NCBI GenBank assembly: GCA_964016885.1
Contig: OZ024741.1
Location: 379,316,001 to 379,380,000, forward strand
Direction of reading: 5' to 3'
Source: Eledone cirrhosa
Taxonomy: Eukaryota
Length of the DNA stretch: 64,000 nucleotides
Below, one piece after another: positions 40,890 to 54,692 of this stretch. The notes beneath the pieces are model-generated. The model was not told the origin of the DNA. It made no database searches and worked only from the letters and a program-made list of their open reading frames with translations. Both the position numbers and the translations under genes were made by a program. Each line of letters begins with the position of its first letter. The first letter of the stretch is position 1.

Positions 40890-41585
40890 ATTGAAAAAAT
40901 GAAATTTCATTTCTCACGCTAAGTACGGCTTATACTTGAATATAAGTATGTATACATACATACATATATGTATACAGGCGTACAGTAGTATGTATATACA
41001 TACATACATGCACACACACATATATATTTACGTATGAGTTTACCGAACATTTACTACAATGCGCGGTTTGTTTGTAAACAAACAGCCCAAATTGTTAGAC
41101 GTAGAGTGTTCGGCAACCATCGCTGCACTATTTCTCTAACGCTGACAAAGGAACGATAAACTAGTTTCTAGCGTATTAGCTATCATCAGCACCGTATACC
41201 TTCCTGTCAGTTGATTGAAAGTTTGAAAGTATATACTTTCCATATGCATATTAACAGCTGAGCAGCCTAATTTGCATATCGAGTGAGTTAGTCGGCCGGG
41301 CGTACCGAAAACGATAAATGAAATTTATTTTCTCACTCTAAGTACGGCTGATACTTGAATATAAGTATGTATATAGAGATGTACAGTATTATGTATATAC
41401 ATACATGCATGCACACATATATATATAGATATGTATATGTTCGTATGGGTTTACCGAACAATTATTATAATGCTCGGTTTATTTGTAAACAAACAGCCCG
41501 AATTATTAGACGTACAGTGTTCGGCAAACATCTTTGGCCTCTTGTTCAACACTGACAAACCTTTGTCAGTGTTGAACAAGAGGGC
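40890..41585 (-). mobile_element. Second partial tandem of the 420-bp HHR family, ending in a short hairpin
   Basis: The sequence at 40921 recurs at 41340 (period 419). HHR at 41154-41194. Palindrome at 41538-41585. Confidence 0.8.
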
Positions 41586-42115
41586 AAACCTCATGGGGTA
41601 GAAACATAATTTTGGTATGTTTATGTACATTTGTTCTTCTAACTTTGATGTTGTACCTAATTATGTACGGTTGGCTATATGTCTGATCAATTTCTACGGG
41701 CTATTAGAAATACTAGGTAAATTTTCTGTGACTGTTGATCTCGGATAAAATAGCTATCATTTATTTATTTATTGTTTCTTCATAGGTACATTTTAAACTT
41801 ATAGGCTCGTATAATTGATTTTTTATTTGGTTAATTATGCTGGAGGTGAAATAATTATTGGGAGGTGAAATACTGTATATATTTTATCAAATGATTCTAT
41901 GGACTTACTTTCTTATATATTGCTCTGATTGTTGATTATTTAATTAATTAATACGTCATTGAGCCACACCGTGAATAGTTGCCAAAAACACATTTATATA
42001 TATCTAGGGTTCTGTCTAGTTTATGTATATGCAAAATATATATTTTATATTTCGTTTCTGAATTTGTTTAGCAAGATTCTTTATCTGGCAACATGACCCT
42101 CCCAAAGTATAACAA

Positions 42116-42205
<90 letters not shown>

Positions 42206-42302
42206 TGGCTGCTAACTAGTTTTCGAGTACGGCCACTACTTTACATCCATGTAGGAGAACCCCTACCGATGCGCTGAACGTATGTGTATATACATACATA
42301 TA

Positions 42303-42386
<84 letters not shown>

Positions 42387-42585
42387 CAAAGGAATTGTGA
42401 TAAGGAACCAGATAGACCATAACGCACCAGAGTACACAATACTTAGTGTAGTAGAGCGGGAAATAGGAAAAAGTATGAACCCGGCCACAGAGGTCAGGCC
42501 GTTTCGACAGCTATTTCTGGATTGAAATAGCCGTCCAATAACCGTCGAAACGGATTGAGCTCTGTCGTCGGGGTCATACTTTTTG

Positions 42586-42655
<70 letters not shown>

Positions 42656-42682
42656 TTATATATAATATATATATATAATATA

Positions 42683-42746
<64 letters not shown>

Positions 42747-43203
42747 TTAATATAGATGAGATTCTACAGGACTAGAACTGTTTCATTCATTAGAAATCAT
42801 CAGGAATCTGGGTATCAACAAATAAAAATGGTATTTATAGGTCTCTACAAGTGGTAGGAGAGGGTGGGGAGTGGGATGGGTGTAGGTCATTGGTTGATAG
42901 AAAAGGGAATTCATTAAAAGCTAATTCTACAAAGCTATAGTTTATTTTTATTTATTTATGTTTTTAGAGTAACAAGGGCAGACATAATTCTATAAACAGG
43001 TTCCGGATGGCATACCATTCCTTGTCATTAAGTTTCTCTTAAGCAAACAGATGTCTATAAGATCAGTGGGGGGGTCAGTCATGGTCGATAGAATTAAAGA
43101 AAAGGGAGATTCTTTAAAAGCTAAAATCATTAAGGTTCTACTAAGTGACAAAGGTCTAGAGAATTCTGTAGACAGATTCAAAATACTGAGTGCATATCTT
43201 ACA

Positions 43204-44988
43204 TATCGTTTATGAGGTAGACCCACAGACCTACAATAAGCTGGCAAAAAATACCATCACGACCACCTACAAAAAGGTAATAGAGAGGGCACTGACTGAG
43301 ACAAACGCGGCCGGAAAAGAAATCGCCAAGTCCCTTAAATTACACGACCGAACCGAACCTTTAAGGGTAAAGACCCCGCACTTTACCCTGAATGACCATA
43401 AGGGAAATTTCTTCAACAAACCATCAGTCAGACTTATCAACCCCACTCGTTCTGACATCGGCTCTATCAGTAAGAAGATAATGGATAGAGTTCTACCATC
43501 ATTGCGGGCAGCCTCACCACTTCCACTCTGGAGTAGAACATCTGAGGCAATATCATGATTCCAAGAATTACCCGATAAACACCAAACTCGCTTCCTGCAA
43601 CTCGACATAGAAAACTACTATGCCTCTATCTCGGAGCCCCTCCTGAAGGACGCAATTAACTTTGCCAGGAATTTTACCACCATTACCGATGCTGAGCAAG
43701 TGGTTATCCGCCACGCTCGTAAGACCTTTCTATACCACGATGGATCTTACTGGATCAACAAGAAATCTCAGACCCCATTTGACGTTAGCATGGGGGCGAG
43801 TGACTCGGCTGAAATTAGCGACCTTGTGGGCCTGTACATCCTACATAACATGAAGAACCTCTTTACCGGCCTAACGGGAGGTTTATACCGAGACGACGGC
43901 CTCTTCGCCCTGCATAAGGTTAACCCCAGAACCACCGATGGGCTTCGGAAAAACTTAAGCTCTTTATTCTCTAATCTAGGATTTAGTATAACTATAGATT
44001 CTAATTTGACTAGGGCCAACTTCTTAGATGTCACTCTCGACCTAGATACTTCCCTCTATTACCCGTACCACAAAACTAACGAGTCCCTTAAGTATATTAA
44101 TGTTAATTCAAACCACCCCCAAAACATCACTGATAACCTTGTAAAAAGCGTCTCTATTAGAATATCTGGCCTCTCCGCCAACAAAGATATTTTTAATGCA
44201 TCTGCCTCCTACTACAATGACGCCCTCGCCCGTAGCGGATTTAAAGATAAGATAACTTACCTAGAAACCACCGCAAGATGCAGAGGAGGAATAGACATAG
44301 GCAGATCAGCTGGTACAACCCTCCCTTCAATAGAGAGGTATCTACTCCGATAGCTAGGATTTTCTTCACTTTACTGAAATTACACTTCCCCATACAACAT
44401 AGGTACTACACCATCTTTAATAAGAACACTATAAGACTGTCTTACTCCACCACACCTAACCTAGCTAGGAATATAGCCAACCACAATTCTAAATTAAATA
44501 AGCCAACCACCTCCGAAACCAATCCCCGGACTGGGGTTCTATGTAATTGCCTAAATAAGGAAGCATGCCCACTTGAAAACAAATGCCTCACAAATGACAT
44601 CGTATACAAATGCGATGTCATCTCAGGCACCGAGGATTGCAAAAAAACTTACATCGGCATGACCTCCAACAACTTTAAGACCCGTTGGTATGCCCATACC
44701 CACTCCTTCAGAAGACCGGATAAATCAAATCAGACAACACTCGCCTCCTACGTTTGGGACCTCATAAGGAACTCCACCCCCTTCACGCTTAAATGGAAAA
44801 TACTCCAGAAAGCGCGCTCTTACAACGGAGGACACATGGGCTGCGACCTTTGTATTTCAGAGAGCTACGAAATTTTATTCGCCAAGGGCCCGCTACTGAA
44901 CAAACTCTCTGAACACTGCCCGAACTGCATGCACAAGAACTTTGCAACTTTCAAACACTTTAAGCCAGTGTTAAAGCCCGATGGCTAA
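43204..44988 (+). pseudogene. Naiad-type RT + GIY-YIG ORF (one stop at 43556, one frameshift near 44270)
   Basis: VRLINPTRSDIG, MGASDSAEISDLVGLY, LYRDDG, NFLDVTLDL, SNHP, WYNPPFN, CNC....CPL..KC, YIGMT..FKTR, CDLC..E. Confidence 0.92.
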
Positions 44989-45418
44989 AAACGACCTCCC
45001 CCTATTGGCCCCTATACCTCCTCCCCACCATGCCCCCACCCTCCTCAACCTGAAATACGGCCACTATGGTTATGTGAGTACCTCTTTCGTATCTACATTT
45101 TTTTGCCTGTAGAGGTGTCTTTATGTGCCTGCGTATATGCGTATATTTATTGAGTACCTATTTATTTGTATGTGTATATATTTGTTTGTATGTGTGTATA
45201 TGTATGTGTATGTGTATATATATATATATATGTTTGTGTGTATATGTGTTTTATGTGTGTATATTTATGTATGTATGTGTATGTATAAATGTGTATATAT
45301 ATGTGTATATATATATGTATATATATATATATGTGTATATATGTGTATGTGTATGTATGTATGCATGTATGTGTATGTGTATGTATATATGTATGTTTAT
45401 ATATATATGTATATGTAT

Positions 45419-45466
<48 letters not shown>

Positions 45467-45475
45467 ATGTGTGTA

Positions 45476-45509
<34 letters not shown>

Positions 45510-45557
45510 GTTGTGTGGGCAGGTGCGTATATATATATATGTGTGTGTATATGTATG

Positions 45558-45611
<54 letters not shown>

Positions 45612-45616
45612 TATAT

Positions 45617-45663
<47 letters not shown>

Positions 45664-45920
45664 GTGTGTATATATATATATATATATGTGCGTGAGAGAG
45701 AGTCTGTATATATATTCGTGTGTGTGTGTGTATGTGTGTATGCGTGTGTATATATATATATATATATATGTGTATATGTGTATATATATGTATATATCTG
45801 TGTATATATATGTATATATATATATATGTATTTGTGTGTATTTGTATACACATGTATATTTGTGTTTGTATGTATGTGTGTGAGTGTATTTATATGTATG
45901 TGTGTGTGTATGTATTTATA

Positions 45921-45979
<59 letters not shown>

Positions 45980-46565
45980 GTGTATGTATATGTGTATGTA
46001 TATGAATATATTTATATATATGTGTGTGTGTGTTTATGTGTGTATATGTGTTTGTGTGTGTGTTTATGGTTGCGCGTGAGTGTGTGAGTGAGTATATTTT
46101 TTTGTGAAAATGTCTGTTGATTTTTGGCATATAGTTCATTAGTTTAAGAGAAGTTCGAAGATAATTGTAAGATATGCACTCAGTATTTTGAATCTGTCTA
46201 CAGAATTCTCTAGACCTTTGTCACTTAGTAGAACCTTAATGATTTTAGCTTTTAAAGAATCTCCCTTTTCTTTAATTCTATCGACCATGACTGACCCCCC
46301 CCCCCCACACTGATCTTATAGACATCTGTTTGCTTAAGAGAAACTTAATGACAAGGAATGGTATGCCATCCGGAACCTGTTTATAGAATTCTGTCTGCCC
46401 TTGTTACTCTAAAAACATAAATAAATAAAAATAAACTATAGCTTTGTAGAATTAGCTTTTAATGAATTCCCTTTCCTATCAACCATGACCTACATCCATC
46501 CCACTCCCCACCCTCTCCTACCACTTGTAGAGACCTATAAATACCATTTTTATTTGTTGATACCC

Positions 46566-46616
46566 AGATTCCTGATGATTTCTAATGAATGAAACAGTTC
46601 TAGTCCTGTAGAATCT
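46566..46616 (+). ncRNA. Canonical type I hammerhead ribozyme (inverted copy 42759-42809 minus)
   Basis: agattc-CTGATGA-tttctaatgaat-GAAA-cag(ttctagtc)ctg-TA-gaatct. All three stems pair and the cleavage triplet is GUA. Confidence 0.88.
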
Positions 46617-47072
46617 CATCTATATTAAAACGTTTATACTCTGCTATGTATTGAGTACCTTACTTACTGTGGTTACCTCCGATTCAACCCGGAATAACGT
46701 ATATATATATATATATATATAGTAATAATAATACATTTGAAGACTAAAATCCAAAGAGGGCTCGATAAGGATAAATATATATCAAATATATAAGAACCGT
46801 AGAGCAAATATTTATTAAAATAACAGATTCAAGTTTAAGCAAAGAATCGCTGCTTTCACCCTTAACGGGATCTTCTGAAACTAACAAAGTCAATCTGTAA
46901 ATGCAGAAGTGGATATTTCAAAAAACGTTGCAACCGGAAGAAGACAGGAAGACCACACTTTGATTCGTGAAAACATTCCCTGGAAAAGAACGGGAAAAAA
47001 CGAATATAATACGTCATTAATAGGAGCGGTGAAAGCAGTGATTATTTGCTTAAACTTTAATCTGTTATTTTA

Positions 47073-47129
<57 letters not shown>

Positions 47130-47132
<3 letters not shown>

Positions 47133-47638
47133 AAGATGAATATAAAATGAAAGTGCTTTCATAAAGGAATTTATTAGGTATTGACATATGTTTCTGTAAC
47201 AGACAGAATATCTATGTATCGCTACTTGCGTAATCATATAATGTTACCAAGTATTCGATAGTAAATGTATAATCAGTTGTCACTTCTTCAGAGATATTGG
47301 ATATAATTTATACTCGTTGAGCAAACCTACACGTACGCTGTTCATCTCTAACGTGACGATATATTATCACCACATTATTGATAACTTGAAATTTTATATA
47401 TATATATTTTTCATTCATATAATTTTTCATTCATATATATTTTTATTTGTTTGACCCGAATTTTCTTGGTCGTAATTTTGGCTGTGCGAATGATTGTTTA
47501 ATCATCGGCTCAGTGTGTTGATATTAAACGTTAGTTATAGCTCTGGTTTACCCGAACCATTGAGCACTTTGCCGCACATTTCGAAGATTGATTTTTCGTT
47601 ATTTCGTGGGCCGAAGTTCCGATTCTCGATAATTTATT

Positions 47639-47640
<2 letters not shown>
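47130..47640 (-). mobile_element. PLE-type end fragment with degenerate long-stem-II HHR (about 47169-47296)
   Basis: Minus strand reads CTGAAGA-agtgaca...tgttaca-GAAA-catatg-TC. Stem I is weak. (TA)n flanks. Confidence 0.45.
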
Positions 47641-47692
<52 letters not shown>

Positions 47693-49979
47693 TACATATA
47701 TATATTTATTTATACAGTTATGTATATATATATATATACATGTATATATATATATGTGTGTGTGAGTCTCTATGTGTGTGAATGCGTGTGCGTGTGCTCG
47801 TATGTGTGTGTGTGTTGGGTGTGTGTGTGTGTGTGCGTGTGTGTGTGTGTGTGTAAGTGAATACATATTTATGGCTACGGTTAATATATAACATATCCGA
47901 CTTTGTTCAAAAAATAATAATTCAGTGGTTCTGCAAAAATGGAGTGATAAATGAGATAATAAGGGAGAGGCAACGAAATAAAACTATTGAAGGAGTTGCC
48001 GAGCATGTTCGCATTCCAACGTAAATGAATATATATTATTATATATTACAAGTGATTTAATTTGTAATTTCATACATGAGCATATATTCTATACTAACGT
48101 ATTTATAATGAAGGCAATGATGATATCTAATTTAGTATAATAATACAAATATTATCGAGATATTACAGAAAATTAAATGGAGATTCAATATATTACTGTC
48201 AATTTATTTATCAATAACAGAAGGATAAATTGAAAAGTTTAACGGCGAAATTTAATATCAAAACGTAAAAGGATGTAATTTGATACAGTGCCCTATGGAT
48301 TGTGCCATCCATCATATTCTTGCCTTTATTATACGCTACAATCATGACTATATATATCTATACTTTTTAACTATTGTATTTAATTCCAATTTTTAAACAA
48401 TTTCATTTAAATTATCAATTGCAAAATTTAAAGTGTCGAAAAAAATATTCAAAATGATATTTGTATAGTGGCATTGATATCATCTTCAGTGAAATCAAAG
48501 CTCTACTCTCCGTGACATAATGTTAAACAATCACAAATATTATTGCATATATTTTCCACTCTATTCCGCCTTTTTATAAAATATTTTCTTTAAAATGTGT
48601 TCATTTAACTGTCATATACAGGAAAGCATGGATATGAAGTGACTTGCGTTTCTTCGTATTTTTTCGTTTCTTTTAGTTATTGTCAGAAGATGTTTAAAAA
48701 GATAGAAATTCATTGGAGATATCATGTCTAATTAAATTTTGTGACATTTCCCTCTGTGAAATACTTTGAAACCTAATCTCTGGAGAAGATTTCATCTTCC
48801 AAGAAATAACTGAAAGTTTTCTTTTTCATTCATTTTATTCCTTCTGTTTTTCGCATCTTAAATGAAGTTGTTGTAAAGTTTATTATGAATAAGATATCTC
48901 GCATATGCAAAATACTCTATCTTTTGTTTCATAGTTTCTTTAACGGCTTGGGTATCTTCTATGAGACTTGCAAGCATTCTCAACGTTTTTGTCGACTGAT
49001 AGCAGTATGGAAAATGCACAAGATAGATGCTGCTGTGGATAAGGAGTAGAAACAAGATAAGCGGGAATAGAAAAACGAATAGGGGAGAAAATTATTTGAC
49101 TAAAATTGTGAACTCATTCTATTTTGTATTATCATTTGCATTACTTTTCGAATAGTTAATATTCAAGTTTTAAATAAAAAAAACAAACAAACCCCGTATG
49201 CACATGCAAAAAGAATATATACAAATACGCATAACCATACACATAATCATACTCATACGCATAATCATACACATACACACATATATAAAATTACAAGCCT
49301 GCGTAGATGCCACTCATACACATGCCTATTTGAAATCTTATAAAATTAAATTGAAAAAAGAACTCATGTGTTTGATTGTGTAGATTGCTTCATCTGTGTA
49401 TTTATTGTGATATATTGTTTGGGGATCACAAAGATTGAATTCTGCCAAGATAGCAACAAGAAAACTGAAACATTATAAATAGAATGAAGAGGAGAAAGAA
49501 GGTGAAAATACAGAAAAATGGAAAAATAAAATAAACTAACACAACACAAAGTAGTATAGCTAACACAATATCTAAAAGAACTGGTCAATTATTGACTTCA
49601 AAAATACAAACTTGTGCTTTATCAGTCGTAATAACGCTTAATATATATTTGTTTTAAGGAAATAATACTGAAGTTATATGTATTATAATATTACGTGTAG
49701 GATTTGTGTTACTACAACCGGGAGATTTATTTTACCATAATGCCACACTTTACATACAAAACCCGAACAGCCCACGCGTCTAAAGAATGCTTCCACTCGT
49801 ATGTTAGATATCCATTTAAGCTGATGCCAATGGGTCTTAGTAGGAACGCCTGGTGTTGTTTAAACGAATATTGTGGCAAATGAGGATACCAAACCTGATT
49901 TTGCTTGAATATATGTCATTTATATAATATATTCGTAAAACTTTATTATATCTTCATTCAGTTTTGAAAATAACGGTCT

Positions 49980-50450
49980 GCAAGGAAACACCATAGATTG
50001 TAAATACATTGGTACCCCTCCAAAAGGTTCTGCATTATGCCTAACATTATGTCCTGAAATGTCGTAATTACCTGATGGTTATTACTTTCCAAGTCATCAT
50101 ATGTTTACCACTATTTTCCAGTAGACGTAGACCTCATTTATGAGACAATAGAGAAAATGATAACGAGCGACCAAAAAGAAATCGCTGCTTGCCAGCCAGG
50201 GAATGATATTCCCAGCAAACATATCCTATATAATAACCATGGAGGATCTTCCTGCATGTGCAGCCACTTCATCTGACTGAAACCATAGATGTGTATAAAT
50301 ACCATGTTTTTCCAATTGATTAAAACGACGTTTTACAACATGAAATCAGAGAGTGATAGGCCACAATATTCAAAGCACGCTGGATCAATAGCAGCAACGC
50401 TAAAAAGAGAGTAACAAAGGAGAAGATTATGAAGTTGACAAAATATTCTG
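49980..50450 (-). pseudogene. Tc1/mariner-superfamily transposase fossil (DD37D/DD41D-like C-terminus)
   Basis: The minus strand gives LWFQSDEVAAHAG..SM....MFAGNII.W..SSD......FLY.L..EVY, resembling WFQQDGA.AH...F.GR.I..WP..SPDL..DFFLWG.LK..VY. Confidence 0.55.
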
Positions 50451-51384
50451 TTCAACTAATAGAAAAAGTTATCCATAAATCTATCCGCAAGATTACCGTA
50501 AAATAAATGTTAGGTACTATATATACATATAAATATATGTGTGTAGGGTGTGTGGCTGGCGTGTGTGTGTGTGTGTGAGTGCGCGCGTGTGTGTATGTGT
50601 GTATGTGTGTGTGTGTGTTTATGTTTATGTGTAAATGGCAAACAGAAATACTAAAGCAACATAACTATATAATGAAGAAATATATTATTAGTTTTACGCT
50701 TGATATAGTAGGAAAAGTGTCTTGATGTTTCGGACGCTAGTTCTAGACGACAAAGGAAGAATAAGAAATTAAAGAAGAAATATAAAGATTAATGAAACGA
50801 GCAGGGCGCAAAAGAAAAACAATTTTTAGAGAAAAATAACATGTCCTCTCATGTTACTATCGCTTGAAAAATTGTCGTTGCTGGCGTTTTGTGTATGATA
50901 TATATTTTTTGAAAAGGTGGTGGTCGAGCACAGATAAAAAAACGTTCTTTATGTAGAGTTGTACGTGTGCGCGTGTGTATAATATTGTTGGTTGGTATAA
51001 ACTGTTAGAGTGTAGGTTTCTGACCATAACACATCCATAGGAAATTAGGGTATATATATATGTATGTGTGTGTGTGTGTGTATGTGTGGGTGGGTGTGTG
51101 TGTGTGTGTGTGTGTGTGTGTCTGTGCATATATTTGTTATTTAACCTAATTGTATTTTCGTGGTTTTGGCGAATTATGTGGCTATGCCCCCTAGCCGCAG
51201 TTTTCAATTTGTTACGCTATCCAAGGTATGTCAATTACTCTAAGGTGCAACCTATCGATTTATTGATACATTCTTATTGACTGCTTTGTAAAAATCCTAA
51301 TTGTTATTTCGTGGATTTGGCCACCGCGGTAACTTCGATTTCACTAACTTTCCACTTGTGTATATATATATATATATATATATA

Positions 51385-52444
51385 TGTAGATAAATCTACC
51401 AAAAGTTTACGGTAGTGTCCAATCCGTATGAAGAACTCAATGTAATCCGGATATCATGAAAAGAAGAGATGCATTCAAAAATCACTTTCGGTGAAAGATA
51501 AACGGAAAACAGAGTCAAGATAAATTATTAAAAAAATAATGAATAAACAAAGAAACAGTTCCTTATATTAAACAAAAAAAGTTCATTAGTTTACAATCGT
51601 TTCTAGGACATATATGTGTTAGAATTGGTATGCATATTCAAAAGATCTATGTACAAAATTATACAAACTATCAGAGGGAATATACATACCTTCACATATA
51701 TATGCTGTCTTCAGAAATAATGATGCTTGTTTATTGATAATAACAACAATTCAATACAATAGGTCTGTTTGAGAAAAGATTTTGAATAGACCAATGAAAT
51801 AGAGAATGAGATACATAAAAATCTATCAAGAAAATACAGTTAGGTGTGTATATATGTATGTAAATACGCTCACAGATGTGCATAAATGTGTATGCTCATA
51901 TGTATACGTATAGTGAAAAAGTGTATGTAAATATAAAATTTAGGGCTAATGTATCTGTATGTCTGTAATCAACAGACGGAATAGATACATCATAAGTATA
52001 TGAATATTGAGGCGCTCACATAAATACGCCCACACACACTTACATTTAGATGGAAGTAAAAGAGGTAAGGGAGTATAGTAATTAAAGGAAAGTGTCAAAC
52101 TCGACATACTTATAAAAATGTATGAATAAATTAGAAATAAAAAAATGTTTATAGAAGGAAAAAATTCAAGAAAAGAAGACAAAAAAGACAAAAAAGGTGG
52201 GGGGTACATACATACACAGACACGCATGTCTCACAAAAGAAACATAAAAAAAACATAAAAGATAAAAGAGAGACATAAAATATACATGCTTATATACACA
52301 CGCACATTTACACACCCATACGTTCGATACGTACATACATACACACACACATACACATACTTACACTCACGCATATTGACCTGTTTGTATGCACACGCAT
52401 AAAAATAAGTAAAACATATACCCATACATATATATATACACACA

Positions 52445-52508
<64 letters not shown>

Positions 52509-52635
52509 TACCCATGTATATATACAACCACACACACACACACACTCAGACATACATATATATATAGACATACCCACACATATATACACAGTCAGACACA
52601 TATACACATATATACACATACATACACACATCTCT

Positions 52636-52690
<55 letters not shown>

Positions 52691-53097
52691 TACATATGTA
52701 TTTTTATACTCACATACATACACATTTACATACATACACACTTACATATACATACACACATCCACGCTTACATATACATATAATAATAGTGGGTGGGGGG
52801 GATTAAATTTATTAGTGGGAAATAGTAAATATATAGGTTTCAAGGAACATAGAATACTAACCTGCAGTTAAAGTTTTATATGTGTTTACTTAGTGGTATC
52901 AGTTTTAGAAATGGTATTTGTAAGAAGGAAAGCCAAATTATGTATTTTAATATAAGTAGAATATTAATTATAGGTTAACTAAAATAAAAATAGTTAACAT
53001 ATTAATTTCTAAGGTGTATACTAATTAGGTTTATAATATTTAAAGCGGAATTTTGAAGTTAAACAGTAGTAGAGTATTAATTATAGCTTAACTAAAT

Positions 53098-53136
<39 letters not shown>

Positions 53137-53262
53137 AGAGATGTGTGTATGTATGTGTATATATGTGTATATGTGTCTGACTGTGTATATATGTGTGGGT
53201 ATGTCTATATATATATGTATGTCTGAGTGTGTGTGTGTGTGTGTGGTTGTATATATACATGG

Positions 53263-53295
<33 letters not shown>

Positions 53296-54220
53296 GGTGT
53301 GTGTATATATATATGTATGGGTATATGTTTTACTTATTTTTATGCGTGTGCATACAAACAGGTCAACATGCGTGAGTGTAAGTATGTGTATGTGTGTGTA
53401 TGTATGTACGTATCGAACGTATGGATGTGTAAATGTGCGAGTGTATATAAGCATGTATATTTTTCTCTCTCTTTTATCTTTTATGTTTTTTTATGTTTCT
53501 TTTGTGAGACATGCGTGTCTGTGTATGTATGTACCCCCCCCCCCCCCTTTTTTGTCTTTTTTTGTCTTCTTTTCTTGAATTTTTTCCTTCTATAAAAATT
53601 TTTTTATTTCTAATTTATTGATACATTTTTATAAGTATGTCGAGATTGACACTTTCCTTTAATTACTATACTCCCTTACCTCTTTTACTTCCGCATCTAA
53701 ATGTAAGTGTGTGTGGGCGTGTTTATGTGAGCGCCTCAATATTCATATACTTATGATGTATCTATTCCGTCTGTTGATTACAGACATACAGATACATTAG
53801 CCCTAAATTTTATATTTACATACACTTTTTCACTATATGTATACATATGAGCATACACATTTATGCAAATCTGTGAGCGTATTTACATACATATATACAC
53901 ACCTAACTGTATTTTCTTGATAGATTCTTATGTATCTCATTCTCTATTTCATTGGTCTATTCAAAATCTGTTCCCAAACAGACCTATTGTATTGAATTGT
54001 TGTTATTATCAATAAACAAGCATCATTATTTCTGAAGACAGCATATATATGTGAATGTATGTATATTCCCTCTGATAGTTTGTATAATTTTGTACATAGA
54101 TCTTTTGAATATGCATACCAATTCTAACACATATATGTCCTAGAAACTATCGTAAAATAATGAACTTTTTTTGTATAACATAAGGAACTGTTTCTTTGTT
54201 TATTCATTATTTTTTTAATA

Positions 54221-54225
<5 letters not shown>
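51385..54225. mobile_element. Large non-coding foldback (arms about 51520-52680 and 53100-54225) with long-stem-II HHRs
   Basis: Arms are near-perfect reverse complements. HHR at 54025-54161 (+) reads attattt-CTGAAGA-...-GAAA-ctatcg-TA-aaataat, with a copy at 51585-51721 (-). Confidence 0.85.
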
Positions 54226-54286
<61 letters not shown>

Positions 54287-54376
54287 ATAATAACAAATGT
54301 GAAGATTAAAATCCAAAGAGGGCTCGATAAGGACAAATATATATTAAATATTTAAAAAACCGTATCTGTTATTTTA

Positions 54377-54440
<64 letters not shown>

Positions 54441-54653
54441 TAGAGTGAATTAAGATTAAAAAAACGATTTGTTACTCCTTCATTACGTTTATTGGTTGGT
54501 GACCCGCCTTTCTCCACTGATTAGCTCATGGTTCGATCAGTATCACTATAAAACACTCTGTCTAGATCTACACACTCGACACTGAAGTGAACCTAAACAT
54601 CGGGTTCTCACCCGGATGAACCTACAGAAACTCCAAATTACACTCCCTGAATG

Positions 54654-54692
<39 letters not shown>

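Larger units (their letters stand above)
42744..46699 (+). mobile_element. Young Naiad-type PLE, 5'-truncated, with near-identical inverted pLTR
   Basis: 42744-43203 is the reverse complement of about 46165-46631. (TA)n flanks. The 3' UTR is mostly (TA/TG)n. Confidence 0.92.

Noticed and set aside
43556-43558. In-frame TGA in a Naiad ORF as possible selenocysteine (some Naiads are selenoproteins)
   Set aside because: It aligns to the Trp of I.WF (VINWF in the 7346-7786 ORF), so TGG>TGA decay is more likely. The endonuclease cysteines are normal codons.
45123-46139. Long ORFs up to 325 aa (also at 15093, 18315, 20182, 29078, 52231, 53092)
   Set aside because: Stop-free read-through of (TA)n/(TG)n/(CA)n repeats.
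48600-49060. Protein-like ORF 48858-49055 as a host exon
   Set aside because: No recognisable motif or convincing splice context. It may be a TE remnant.
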